Shown here: piece by piece, positions 9,636-18,943 of the stretch
How the letters are laid out: the number at the start of each line of letters is the position of its first letter
Numbering within the stretch: position 1 is the stretch's first letter
Assembly: GCA_963663865.1 (NCBI GenBank)
Contig: OY760686.1
Span: 12,069 to 76,068, forward strand
Reading direction: 5' to 3'
From: Spirochaetota bacterium
GTDB lineage: Bacteria; Spirochaetota; UBA4802; UBA5550
Length of the DNA: 64,000 bases
Translations under genes and position numbers: made by a program
The notes under the pieces: generated by a model
Databases searched by the model: none
What the model was told of the DNA's origin: nothing
The model's input: the letters and a program-made list of their open reading frames with translations, nothing else

Positions 9636-10466
9636 ATGGACAAAAAATTCTCAAAGGCGCTAATCCTTGTCGTTGCCGCAGCAACGGCGCTCTCAATGGC
9701 ATCATGCACAAAAAAGTCTAAGGACAAGGTTGTTATCAAAGGATCAACTACGGTTCTTCCCATAACACAGAAAGCCGCAGAGGAATTCAGAAAAGTTGAA
9801 GATGTCAGCATATCTATAGAAGGAAGCGGATCGGGCAACGGTATAAAGGCCCTCCTTGATTCAAGCTGTGACATTGCAAACGCTTCAAGAGCAATGAAGG
9901 GAAAAGAACTGACAGCAGCAAAAGAAAAAGGCCTGGAGATAAAAGAAATCACCGTCGCTTATGACATGATTGTTCCTGTAGTTCACCCGTCAAATCCTGT
10001 AAAAAACCTGACGCTAACACAGCTCAAAGCTATCTACGACGGACAGGTAAGCAATTGGAAAGACCTCGGCGGAAAGGACGAAAACATAGTAATCATTTCA
10101 CGCGATACCAGCTCAGGAACATATGAGGTATGGCATGAACTTGTAATGAAGAAGGCAGATGTGCGAAAAGATGCTCTACTTCTTGCATCCAATGGCGCCA
10201 TTGTAAACTCTGTTTCCAACAACCCGAAAGCCATAGGCTACGTAGGATTCGGATATCTCAACAACACAATTAAGCCTCTTAACGTAGACAAAGTTGAGCC
10301 AACACTCGACAATGGAAAATCAGGGAAATACCCTGTTTCAAGAAAGTTATTCATGTATGTTAACGAAAAAACACTAAAGCCAAGCGCGAAACAGTTTATC
10401 GATTATATTCTGAGCGCGAAAGGCCAGGCGTTTGTAAAAGAAGTCGGATTTATACCCGTCGATTAA
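9636..10466 (+). CDS. pstS: Phosphate-binding protein PstS (lipoprotein)
   Basis: GGAGG RBS, signal peptide with lipobox LSMASC, and the PBP motifs GSTTVLP and GSGSGNG. Confidence 0.9.
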   Translation: MDKKFSKALILVVAAATALSMASCTKKSKDKVVIKGSTTVLPITQKAAEEFRKVEDVSISIEGSGSGNGIKALLDSSCDIANASRAMKGKELTAAKEKGLEIKEITVAYDMIVPVVHPSNPVKNLTLTQLKAIYDGQVSNWKDLGGKDENIVIISRDTSSGTYEVWHELVMKKADVRKDALLLASNGAIVNSVSNNPKAIGYVGFGYLNNTIKPLNVDKVEPTLDNGKSGKYPVSRKLFMYVNEKTLKPSAKQFIDYILSAKGQAFVKEVGFIPVD

Positions 10467-10491
10467 ACCTTACTCCTTATTAAACTGTTAG

Positions 10492-10531
10492 ACAAAGGGG
10501 TTGTCCTGAGAGGCAGTCCCTTTGTTTTTTT
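10492..10531 (+). terminator. Rho-independent terminator of pstS
   Basis: Stem acaaaggg / ccctttgt followed by a T-run. Confidence 0.7.
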
Positions 10532-10866
10532 ACAGCGGTCATTTTACGGCGATATTCACAGGCATGGATAATGCAAACAGTCTTCTCAAGGAGATTTTGC
10601 TGATCGAAAACCTCTCAGGTTATATGCCTTTATGATGTCTTTATTTTTTTTCTACCTGTTGCACTTCACTGTTGAATTCAGGGAGTTCATCCCAAAAACC
10701 CCTAAAAAATGCTTTGACACGGCATATTTAAGATTAGTCTTGACATTAAACTGCCGATAATTTAAACAATCGGTAAAAGGTTAAATATACATCCTGTTAT
10801 TTACGAAATCAGACAGCAGGGGCCTTGCTCTGTGACTACCGGTAAATAATCAGCTAAAGGCAGATA

Positions 10867-11877
10867 ATGGGAATAAATCCGTTTAAAGACTCCAACCTTG
10901 ACGACCTCCAGCAGAACATTTCGGGGTTCCTGTATTCACGCTTCGGGGGACTGCTTCGCTCTTTAAGAGAGAAAAGACGCCGTTTCACAGCCAAGGGCAA
11001 GGAACGGATCACGGTCATGTTCATCCCTCACACTGAAAAAAAGATTATAAATTTTCATATTTCTATTTTTGCTATATCCTTCTTTGTTGGAACGCTAATT
11101 CTGACCATCGTGATTACTTCCATTTTTATCGTAAACCACTCATCAACAATCAAACAGGTTTCGAAGCTGAAGACTTACGGAACGAATTCAAAGCTGCAGG
11201 TGCAGAAGTATAAGGAAGAAATAGGCCGTTTTCACTCCATCTTTCAGACCTTCAAGCCGGAAATAACCCATCTCTACTCGCTGACGCCAGGCAGCAACAT
11301 AGACTCTCTGTGGGCCAGAGGCGGCGTTCACAGCGATGAAGCTGCTCGCGAATCAGGAGAACTTACACCTCCGATGGAGCTTCTGGACTTTCAGCAGATT
11401 GAAACCGAGCTTAAAACATCGAGAGAGATTATCGGACAGATAAAGGAGTTTCTGAGCTACAGAAAGAAGATAATCGAAAACACTCCTTCAATCTGGCCCG
11501 TTGACGGTTACATAATCTCAAGGTTCGGCAACAGAAACTCACCCTACACCTTCAGGCCGGAATACCACGCTGGGATAGACATAGAGGCTTTCCCCGGTTC
11601 CGAGATACGCGCCACCGCGCCAGGCAAAGTTGAGGATATATTCTGGGATTCAAACCTTGGACTTACCGTTACGGTCAGGCACAAGTACGGGTTTACGACG
11701 CATTACTCACACTGTGAGAGGGTAACCGTTGAGAAAGACCAGAAGATTTCCAAGGGTGAAGTTGTAGGTTACGTAGGCAGAACCGGCAAGACAACCAGGT
11801 ATATGTGCTATTATCAGATTAAAATCGGAACAGAGTTCGTTGACCCCATCCCTTATCTTAACAGAATCGTTCACTAA
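10867..11877 (+). CDS. Membrane-anchored LytM/M23-domain protein (EnvC-like)
   Basis: One N-terminal TM, then an M23 core with HAGIDI and HYSH. The terminal HxH position instead reads RYMCYYQI, so the catalytic site may be degenerate. Confidence 0.8.
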   Translation: MGINPFKDSNLDDLQQNISGFLYSRFGGLLRSLREKRRRFTAKGKERITVMFIPHTEKKIINFHISIFAISFFVGTLILTIVITSIFIVNHSSTIKQVSKLKTYGTNSKLQVQKYKEEIGRFHSIFQTFKPEITHLYSLTPGSNIDSLWARGGVHSDEAARESGELTPPMELLDFQQIETELKTSREIIGQIKEFLSYRKKIIENTPSIWPVDGYIISRFGNRNSPYTFRPEYHAGIDIEAFPGSEIRATAPGKVEDIFWDSNLGLTVTVRHKYGFTTHYSHCERVTVEKDQKISKGEVVGYVGRTGKTTRYMCYYQIKIGTEFVDPIPYLNRIVH

Positions 11878-11989
11878 TAGCTGGTGGAATCCTCAATCCC
11901 AACAGGTGTGACACGCCTGTTCATTTCATAAAAGCCCCTTAATCAACTGAAATACATCGAGTCTGCTTGCCTGTGTGGCAGCGGGATTC

Positions 11990-13015
11990 TCAGAACTCAT
12001 CTTCCCGCCTGCTTGCCGCGAGGAGCTCATCAGGGACATCGGTAATCATCTCACCGATTTTTACAGCTACCCTGCTTGCGACAAGGCCGGGACGGCACTT
12101 GAATTTCTTGCGGCCGCCTATCTTCAGTATCATATCATCGCCAATCTTCGTCTCAGGAAGCTTTATTACGTCGCCCACCGTAAGGCTCAGGACGTCCTGT
12201 ACAACTATCTGCGCCTCGCCTATTTCAGCGATTACGGGCAGAGTTACTGTTTCCAGCCTGCTCTGAATGATAGCAAGGTTTTCATCAGTCGCGCCCTTCC
12301 TGATGCTCGAATACATGTACTGCGCGGAAAGCTTTGATATTATCGGCTCAATTGATATGTAAGGAATACAGAGATTAGTCATTCCCTCAACATCTCCGAC
12401 CTTTGTTTCAAGCGTAATAAGAACAACCATGTCGTTAGGGGGAACTATCTGCGCAAACTGAGGGTTTGTCTCAATGTTGCCAAGCCTGGGTCTGAGGTCT
12501 ATTACGTTCGACCACGCTTCACGCAGATTGCCGAGAATCCTTACGATAATGCCTTCCATTACTGAAAGCTCTATGTCGGTAAGCTCCCTGCTGATTTTTG
12601 AAGCCTCGCCCATCCCTCCGAACAGCTTGTCAATAATCGTGAAGGTGATAGACGGGTCTATTTCGAGTACCGCTGAACCCTTAAGCGGATCCATGTTGAC
12701 TACAGCAAGTGTCGTTGGGTTTGGGATGGATCTGATAAACTCCTCATATGTAAGCTGGTCTACGGACGCCACGTGAACGCTCACAAGCGCCCTGAGCTGG
12801 GCGGAAAGCGCTGTGGTTGTCAGACGCGCGAATGTTTCGTGCATCATCTGAATTGTTCGGATATGATCCTTTGAAAACTTGTCCGGACGGCGGAAGTCGT
12901 ATATCTTGACTTTTTTCTGTTCTCTGGCGGCGGAATAGTCTGTAGTGTCGACGTCTCCCGTAGAGATAGCTGTCAACAGGGCATCAATCTCTTCCTGTGA
13001 AAGTATGTCTGTCAT
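11990..13015 (-). CDS. fliM: Flagellar motor switch protein FliM
   Basis: N-terminal CheY-P binding motif LSQEEIDALL and FliM middle and C-terminal domains. 341 aa. Confidence 0.9.
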   Translation of the reverse strand: MTDILSQEEIDALLTAISTGDVDTTDYSAAREQKKVKIYDFRRPDKFSKDHIRTIQMMHETFARLTTTALSAQLRALVSVHVASVDQLTYEEFIRSIPNPTTLAVVNMDPLKGSAVLEIDPSITFTIIDKLFGGMGEASKISRELTDIELSVMEGIIVRILGNLREAWSNVIDLRPRLGNIETNPQFAQIVPPNDMVVLITLETKVGDVEGMTNLCIPYISIEPIISKLSAQYMYSSIRKGATDENLAIIQSRLETVTLPVIAEIGEAQIVVQDVLSLTVGDVIKLPETKIGDDMILKIGGRKKFKCRPGLVASRVAVKIGEMITDVPDELLAASRREDEF

Positions 13016-13974
13016 CTTTTCATCCCACCTTTAACGATCGAGGCTTCGAGGCTATTAATCTGCCACATTCCTTCATTTTTTTCCAGCAAATATCTGTATC
13101 TGTATCTCACATTCCGTATCGCGCCGAATCTTCCCACATCGGCATTAACGTAGGCAAATCGCCTGTCCGAAGCATAATCTGTACCAAGCACTTCAAAGTC
13201 TATAAGATAGTCATCTCTCTCCCTTGAGAGGAACCTGATGAAACGCTCCCTGATCTCTGCCCTCTCATGTGTGCCGGCAGAGGAGTATTGTTTAAAATAG
13301 TCTGGATATGAGCCTATCAGTTCCTCGAGGTTTAGATACTTCACCATGTTTTCCCAGTTACCGTTCTTCTCCGCAGTAAGCGCCAGCAGCACTATCTCAG
13401 ACGGACTTATCTCACGGCTGTATCCGCCATCCTTGCGGCCTGAAACCTGTTCCTTTACTGAATACAGCGAAAACTCCAGCTCATTCTCGCTGTAAATCAC
13501 CTGCGGAATGGAGAGATCGGGCAAAAAGTAGCACTTGACCCTGTACTCGCTGTCAGGACGCATTTTGTACAGCTTCGTCAGGTCTACCGGGTAGATAAAG
13601 CCCTCACCCGGGTTCAGCTGAATAGTCCTCCGGGAGCATTCCGCGGCAGCTTCAACAGTAGTCTTCCCTGCCATTCTGTATGGCACAATTGACTCAATTT
13701 CACGTCCCTGCATGTCAAACACGACTGGCTGAAATGTAGTATAGTCCGGACCATCCTTGCAGCCTTCATATACAGTAAAAGATGCCTTCTCATTCGACCT
13801 GTTTTTTATATGCACGCGAAGCGTCACATCTTCAGCTTCAGTGAAGCGTATCTTATCCATTCTGAGGATTGCATGCAGGCCCTGAACCGGGCCGGTAGAA
13901 TCCGCTTTCACGCTGACCTGGCTTCCGGCAGCCAGGATACAGCATAACAATATTGTAATATAGCCTTTATACAT
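13012..13974 (-). CDS. Hypothetical secreted protein, translationally coupled to fliM
   Basis: 320-aa ORF with a signal peptide (ILLCCILAAGSQVSVKA). Its TGA overlaps the fliM ATG as ATGA. Confidence 0.6.
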   Translation of the reverse strand: MYKGYITILLCCILAAGSQVSVKADSTGPVQGLHAILRMDKIRFTEAEDVTLRVHIKNRSNEKASFTVYEGCKDGPDYTTFQPVVFDMQGREIESIVPYRMAGKTTVEAAAECSRRTIQLNPGEGFIYPVDLTKLYKMRPDSEYRVKCYFLPDLSIPQVIYSENELEFSLYSVKEQVSGRKDGGYSREISPSEIVLLALTAEKNGNWENMVKYLNLEELIGSYPDYFKQYSSAGTHERAEIRERFIRFLSRERDDYLIDFEVLGTDYASDRRFAYVNADVGRFGAIRNVRYRYRYLLEKNEGMWQINSLEASIVKGGMKR

Positions 13975-14135
13975 AATTACAGCTCACCTGATACACTAAG
14001 TGCATAGAGTCCTGCTTCCTACATAATAAATCGGTCAAAACAGCGATTTTTTACAGCAATAAATCATGATTTACTCTTTTCAGGACGGCATTCCACTGCA
14101 TAACATGCAAATAAATCCGGGGCAGGCTGTTCCTG

Positions 14136-14582
14136 TCAGTACTTGAATCGAAGGATCTCGCCTCTTGCGAGGCAGTCGCAACGCTCATTTTCAGGATGTC
14201 CGGTATGACCCCTTACCCAGTTCCACTGAATCTTTTTCCCCGAAGTCAGGCTTAAAAGCTCCTTCCAGAGATCCTGGTTCTTTACCGGCGCCTTTGAAGC
14301 CGTTTTCCAGTTATTCTTCTGCCAGTTGAATATCCACTTTGTGATACCGTCTTTCACATAAACTGAATCTGTGGTAATGGTGATTGCCGCGTCTACAGCT
14401 CCGGTGTATTTCAATGCCTCAATGACTGCCATGAGCTCCATGCGGTTATTGGTAGTCTGCCCCTCGCCGCCTGAGAGCTCCCTCTCAGTGCCGTCATCAT
14501 TTACTATCACGGCGCCCCAGCCTCCGGGACCAGGATTACCGCTGCATGCCCCGTCTGTGAATATCCTTATTCCGCTCATCAT
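14136..14582 (-). CDS. rnhA: Ribonuclease HI
   Basis: Motifs TDGACSGNPGPGGWG, NNRMEL, TDSVYV and GHTGHPENERCD. The start is placed at the ATG after the GAGGGGGG RBS; the track ORF extends to 14603. Confidence 0.9.
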   Translation of the reverse strand: MMSGIRIFTDGACSGNPGPGGWGAVIVNDDGTERELSGGEGQTTNNRMELMAVIEALKYTGAVDAAITITTDSVYVKDGITKWIFNWQKNNWKTASKAPVKNQDLWKELLSLTSGKKIQWNWVRGHTGHPENERCDCLARGEILRFKY

Positions 14583-14749
14583 ATCCCCCCTCAAATTATG
14601 CATTAACAGTGAAACTGTATTGGTTCAATTCGATCTCAATAATGTCACCCATTTTTCAGGGTTTGTTTTTAAACTCTCCAACGAATACGCGGTTTTTTAA
14701 CTTTTTCTATTGACGAACTTAACCATGATACACGACAATAGAAAAAAGA

Positions 14750-14852
14750 TGTCTTATCGAGAGTGGTGGAGGGACTGGCCCCGGGAAACCACGGCAACCG
14801 TTTCAAAAGGAACAGGTGCCAAGTCCAGCGGAAGTATCCGGAAGATGAGACA
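14750..14852 (+). promoter_or_regulatory. SAM-I (S-box) riboswitch aptamer upstream of metX-metW
   Basis: CTTATCGAGAGTGGTGGAGGGACTGGCCCCGGGAAACCACGGCAACC...GGTGCCAAGTCCAGCGGAAGTATCCGGAAGATGAG matches the S-box core almost base for base. Confidence 0.9.
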
Positions 14853-14960
14853 GCAGCATTCATGCCATTAAGCAGATTAGCCGCTGTCCGAAGCTGGAAG
14901 CGGTGACACTCCAGCCGTCATACTTCTCGCATATACAAACCTATTGCAGGATAAGAACGC

Positions 14961-16136
14961 ATGAACAGGGAAATTCCTGCCGATTCAGTCGGCCTGGTAA
15001 AAACAAAATACTTCACTTTCGGCTCAGAAGCAAAACCGCTGAATCTTGACTCGGGACGAGAACTCGGCCCGGTAACCCTGGCCTATGAGACATACGGCCG
15101 CCTGAACCGCAAAAAAACGAACGCGGTGCTTATACTGCACGCGCTTTCAGGGAGCGCTCACGCTGCAGGATATCACTCTCCTGACGACAAGTACCCGGGG
15201 TGGTGGGAAACATACATTGGTCCGGGCAAAGCATTTGATACCGAAAAGTACTTTATCATTTGTTCAAATGTGATCGGAGGCTGTTCCGGTTCCACCGGCC
15301 CGGCATCGGAAAACCCGTTAACCGGCAAACCCTACGCTCTCGATTTTCCTCTCGTAACGGTTGACGACATGGTACGGGCCCAGAAGGAGCTTGTAGACAG
15401 CCTTGGCATTGAAAAGCTGCTGTCAGTTGCCGGCGGTTCGATGGGAGGGATGCAGGCTCTTTCGTGGTCAATACAGTACCCTGAAATGGTTAACTCCGTA
15501 ATCGCTGTAGCCACCTCAGGCCTTGTGTCCGCACAGGCTATAGCCTTTAACGAAGTCGGCAGGCAGGCGATTGTAACAGACCCCAACTGGAACGGCGGAA
15601 GCTACTATGGAGACAGCATACCGGCTACAGGCCTCTCTATAGCCCGCATGATAGGACACATCACCTATTTAAGCGAACAAAACCTACATGATCGATTCGG
15701 ACGTAACTTTCAGGACGCCGACCCGGACGCATTTTCTTTCAATACTCAATACATGGTGGGTTCATACCTGAGGCATCAGGGAGACAAGTTTGTAGACCGC
15801 TTTGACGCCAACTCATATCTCTATATTACCAGAGCGATTGACATGTACGACCTGAAGAAGAGTCACGGCAACAGCCTCATTGAGGCTTTTGAGAAGGTAA
15901 CCTCAGACTACATGATTATAAGCTTCACTTCCGACTGGCTTTTCCCGAGCGGGATGTCGCGCGATATAGTCAAAGCTCTCAGGTCTAACGGCAAGAATGT
16001 TGCCTATACAGATATCGAGACGGATAAGGGCCATGATTCATTTCTTCTACCAAGTGATACAATGGAAGACATCATCAGAAATTTTTTAAAAAGCGAGTTT
16101 AACAGGATAAATGCAAGACATGACAAGCAGCAATAA
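14961..16136 (+). CDS. metX: Homoserine O-acetyltransferase MetX
   Basis: Alpha/beta hydrolase with nucleophile elbow GGSMGGMQ. 391 aa. Followed by metW and preceded by the SAM riboswitch. Confidence 0.9.
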   Translation: MNREIPADSVGLVKTKYFTFGSEAKPLNLDSGRELGPVTLAYETYGRLNRKKTNAVLILHALSGSAHAAGYHSPDDKYPGWWETYIGPGKAFDTEKYFIICSNVIGGCSGSTGPASENPLTGKPYALDFPLVTVDDMVRAQKELVDSLGIEKLLSVAGGSMGGMQALSWSIQYPEMVNSVIAVATSGLVSAQAIAFNEVGRQAIVTDPNWNGGSYYGDSIPATGLSIARMIGHITYLSEQNLHDRFGRNFQDADPDAFSFNTQYMVGSYLRHQGDKFVDRFDANSYLYITRAIDMYDLKKSHGNSLIEAFEKVTSDYMIISFTSDWLFPSGMSRDIVKALRSNGKNVAYTDIETDKGHDSFLLPSDTMEDIIRNFLKSEFNRINARHDKQQ

Positions 16137-16746
16137 CTACGAACGCATAGGATATGATATCATTTACGGTCTGATACCGACAGGATCAAGAATACTCGAC
16201 CTCGGATGCGGGGACGGGACTCTGCTCTATCAGCTACAAAAAGAAAAGGGCGTCAGCGGCTATGGAGTTGAAATCTCCGAAAAGGGGGTCAGCAAGTGCG
16301 TAGAAAAAGGGCTCTTCTGCTATCAGGCCGATATTGACGACGGTCTGGCCGACTACCGCGACAACTCATTCGACTACGTAATAATGAATCAGACAATCCA
16401 GAGCATAAAAAAGCCCGAGTTTGTCATCAGGGAAACACTGCGAATAGCCCACAGGGTAATAGTCAGCTTTCCTAACTTCGCTCACGTTTCCATACGCCTG
16501 CAGTTCTCGCTGCGCGGAGAGATGCCAAGGTCAGATATTATCCCCTACGAATGGCACGATTCGCCCAATATTCACATGCTCACAATAAGGGATTTTCATA
16601 ACTTCTGCACCGAGAGAGAATATCCAATTCTGAGCGAGCACCACTTCAACATGTCAGGAGAGAGCTCGAAGAGGGTGTTTTTACTGCCTAATCTGAGGGC
16701 CCATTACGGGTTCTTTCTGCTGAATGGAGACCGGTTCCCCGGTTAA
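16111..16746 (+). CDS. metW: Methionine biosynthesis protein MetW
   Basis: SAM-methyltransferase-like fold motif ILDLGCGDGTLL. About 200 aa, immediately after metX (overlapping). Confidence 0.85.
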   Translation: MQDMTSSNNYERIGYDIIYGLIPTGSRILDLGCGDGTLLYQLQKEKGVSGYGVEISEKGVSKCVEKGLFCYQADIDDGLADYRDNSFDYVIMNQTIQSIKKPEFVIRETLRIAHRVIVSFPNFAHVSIRLQFSLRGEMPRSDIIPYEWHDSPNIHMLTIRDFHNFCTEREYPILSEHHFNMSGESSKRVFLLPNLRAHYGFFLLNGDRFPG

Positions 16747-16747
16747 A

Positions 16748-17614
16748 CTACGCCGTAAGAATCTCGAAGCCGTCTTCTGTTACAAGCACGGTATGCTCCC
16801 ACTGGGCCGACAGGGAACCATCGACTGTAACGGCTGTCCAGTCATCATCAAGGAGTCTGGTCTCATATCTGCCGGAATTGATCATTGGTTCGATTGTAAA
16901 GGTCATATTTGGGAACATCTTGATGCCCCGGTTTTTTGGACCATAATGATGGACATGCGGCTCTTCATGAAACTTAAGCCCTATCCCATGACCGCCATAA
17001 TCCCTGACAACTGAAAAGCCGCTGTTCTTAGCGTGCTTCTCAATGGCGTGCCCAATCTCCCCCATATCATGGTAAGGCATTACCTGTTCAATACCGATTT
17101 CCATACACTCACGGGCTACATTAACAAGCTTAACAGCTTCAGGAGAGGCCTCGCCGATTACGAACATCCTGCTCGCGTCTCCGTAGTAGCCGTCAAGGAT
17201 AGTGGTAATGTCTACATTAATAATATCGCCGTTTTTCAGTATTGTCTCATCTGGAATGCCATGACAGATTACGTTGTTCAACGAGGTGCAAACGCTCTTC
17301 GGGAAGCCGTTGTAGTTCAGGGGCGCCGGCACCGCTCCATTTTGAACAATATATTCATGCACCCATGTGTTTATTTCCTCTGTTGTGACGCCTTCCTTTA
17401 TTCTGTCAGCGACCATATCAAGAGTTTTCCTGGTCAAGATACAGCTCTTTCGTATTCCTTCTATCTGCGTATCAGTTTTAATTATAACACCGGGGTTTGG
17501 CCTCATAGCAGGAAGCTCACCCTTGTTGTTTAGCATATCTGACTCCATATGACATTTTTTGTATTTTTTCCCGCTTCCGCACCAGCACGGGTCATTTCTT
17601 GACAACTTTCTCAT
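16748..17614 (-). CDS. map: Type I methionine aminopeptidase with an N-terminal SEC-C zinc motif
   Basis: N-terminus DPCWCGSGKKYKKCH, then a Map core (CHGIPD, DITT, GHGIG, EPM, WTAVT..SAQWEHT). Confidence 0.9.
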   Translation of the reverse strand: MRKLSRNDPCWCGSGKKYKKCHMESDMLNNKGELPAMRPNPGVIIKTDTQIEGIRKSCILTRKTLDMVADRIKEGVTTEEINTWVHEYIVQNGAVPAPLNYNGFPKSVCTSLNNVICHGIPDETILKNGDIINVDITTILDGYYGDASRMFVIGEASPEAVKLVNVARECMEIGIEQVMPYHDMGEIGHAIEKHAKNSGFSVVRDYGGHGIGLKFHEEPHVHHYGPKNRGIKMFPNMTFTIEPMINSGRYETRLLDDDWTAVTVDGSLSAQWEHTVLVTEDGFEILTA

Positions 17615-17798
17615 TTAACGCTCCATACCCCCCCCAAGGGGACAGCCTCAATACTTTGACAGTAATAATAAATTCAGCTCTCTGTCAAGCAATTGGCTGC
17701 GCTTGCTGATACCGCCTAAAGAAGAGCCCCTTTCGGGGCCCAATGAGAAAGTGATTATTTGAAGGGGTTGATATGAATAATAGCTGATTTTACTACAC

Positions 17799-18005
17799 CT
17801 ACAGAAGCCTTTCCCGTTTCGCCAGTTTTCTTAGTTTCATGGCTTCTTTCATGTTTCTCAAAACAAGGTCGTAGTAGGTACTCACCTTGTTGATCTCAAA
17901 AACATTGGATACTTCATTTGCGTAACGAAGCCGGTTATACTTTAGATCCACTTCCATATTCCTTTCCGCACATGCAAGATCACTCAACAGTTTTCGTGCT
18001 TCCAT
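17799..18005 (-). CDS. Small hypothetical protein (68 aa from the ATG with an AGGAGAG RBS)
   Basis: ORF MEARKLLSDLACAERN... The strong SD sits 6 nt upstream of ATG 18005; the track ORF extends to 18080. No family recognised. Confidence 0.4.
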   Translation of the reverse strand: MEARKLLSDLACAERNMEVDLKYNRLRYANEVSNVFEINKVSTYYDLVLRNMKEAMKLRKLAKRERLL

Positions 18006-18196
18006 AGTCACTCTCCTGTAATAAAATAGTTGCGCGGCAGATAATTGAGAAGAGTGTAGCACACTGGTATAATTAATCAATCAGGCAGAATCCTAATTAA
18101 TTTGTAAGAAAAAATGCCTACATGATTGTAGGGTTATAGTGCAGAAATATCTTGACGAATAATACTTTTATAGGAATAATCAGGTCAGGTAAAACT

Positions 18197-18748
18197 ATGA
18201 CAGATATTGATAAAGCTAAAGAATACTTCAGAAAACTAAAGGTTCTGGAAAAGCACTGCGACGGGAACACCAGAATGGCCAAGATGATTCTCGACGGCGA
18301 TCTAAAGGATGTCGTTGTGCTGAAAGGAAGGTTTAAGGATATTGACGATGAAACCTACGGTCTCATTACCGTTTTCATCAACAAAATACTACCCGAAATA
18401 ACCCATACTGAAGCGGTAGTTTCGCACCTGGCTTCAATATATCAGAGAAAACCGCTTGAGTACTGGCTTGATTTCTACAAGTCTATTATACGCGAAAAGC
18501 AGGAAGCAGAATACAACGAAGGAACCACGACTCAACTTTCAAACGCTCTTAAACGCTTCGTTGAAATCAAAGGACTTCCTAAGATTCTCGAATGGATTGA
18601 AAAGAACCAGATCAAGGAGCTCACAGATCTTTTCAGAGAAATAATTCACAGCATCCTCTCGATTGATGACAGCACTCTTCTGATTGATTTTGAACTCACG
18701 TCCTCAATAGAACTCTACGAGAAAACATCGCTGGACTTAGAAGAATAG
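18197..18748 (+). CDS. Hypothetical protein
   Basis: ORF MTDIDKAKEYFRKL..., predicted helical. No family recognised. The track start at 18152 is a non-ATG codon. Confidence 0.5.
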   Translation: MTDIDKAKEYFRKLKVLEKHCDGNTRMAKMILDGDLKDVVVLKGRFKDIDDETYGLITVFINKILPEITHTEAVVSHLASIYQRKPLEYWLDFYKSIIREKQEAEYNEGTTTQLSNALKRFVEIKGLPKILEWIEKNQIKELTDLFREIIHSILSIDDSTLLIDFELTSSIELYEKTSLDLEE

Positions 18749-18811
18749 AAACACAGCAGCTGTTATAAAACAATGCCGCAATCCTTCCGGTTGCGGACGA
18801 CCTCTGAACGC

Positions 18812-18847
18812 AAAAAAAGCCGGCCTTCTTAAGAAGGCCGGCTTTTA
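18812..18847. terminator. Bidirectional rho-independent terminator
   Basis: Perfect 13+13 palindrome agccggccttctt/aagaaggccggct flanked by an A-run and a T-run. It sits between a plus-strand gene and the minus-strand tRNAs. Confidence 0.75.
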
Positions 18848-18849
18848 TG

Positions 18850-18922
<73 letters not shown>

Positions 18923-18943
18923 ATCTTTACAAGCTGAGACTAT

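Noticed and set aside
9361-9952. Minus-strand ORFs of 116 and 110 aa across the pstB/pstS intergenic region and the pstS 5' end
   Set aside because: One overlaps the strongly supported pstS gene and the other lies in the AT-rich promoter region. Their composition is implausible and they have no RBS.
10753-10760. Exact GCCGATAA, the sigma-28 (FliA) -10 consensus, about 100 nt upstream of the LytM-domain gene
   Set aside because: No TAAA-type -35 element lies at the required 15-nt distance; TTAG occupies that position. A TTGACA overlaps the site instead. A single octamer match is not enough.
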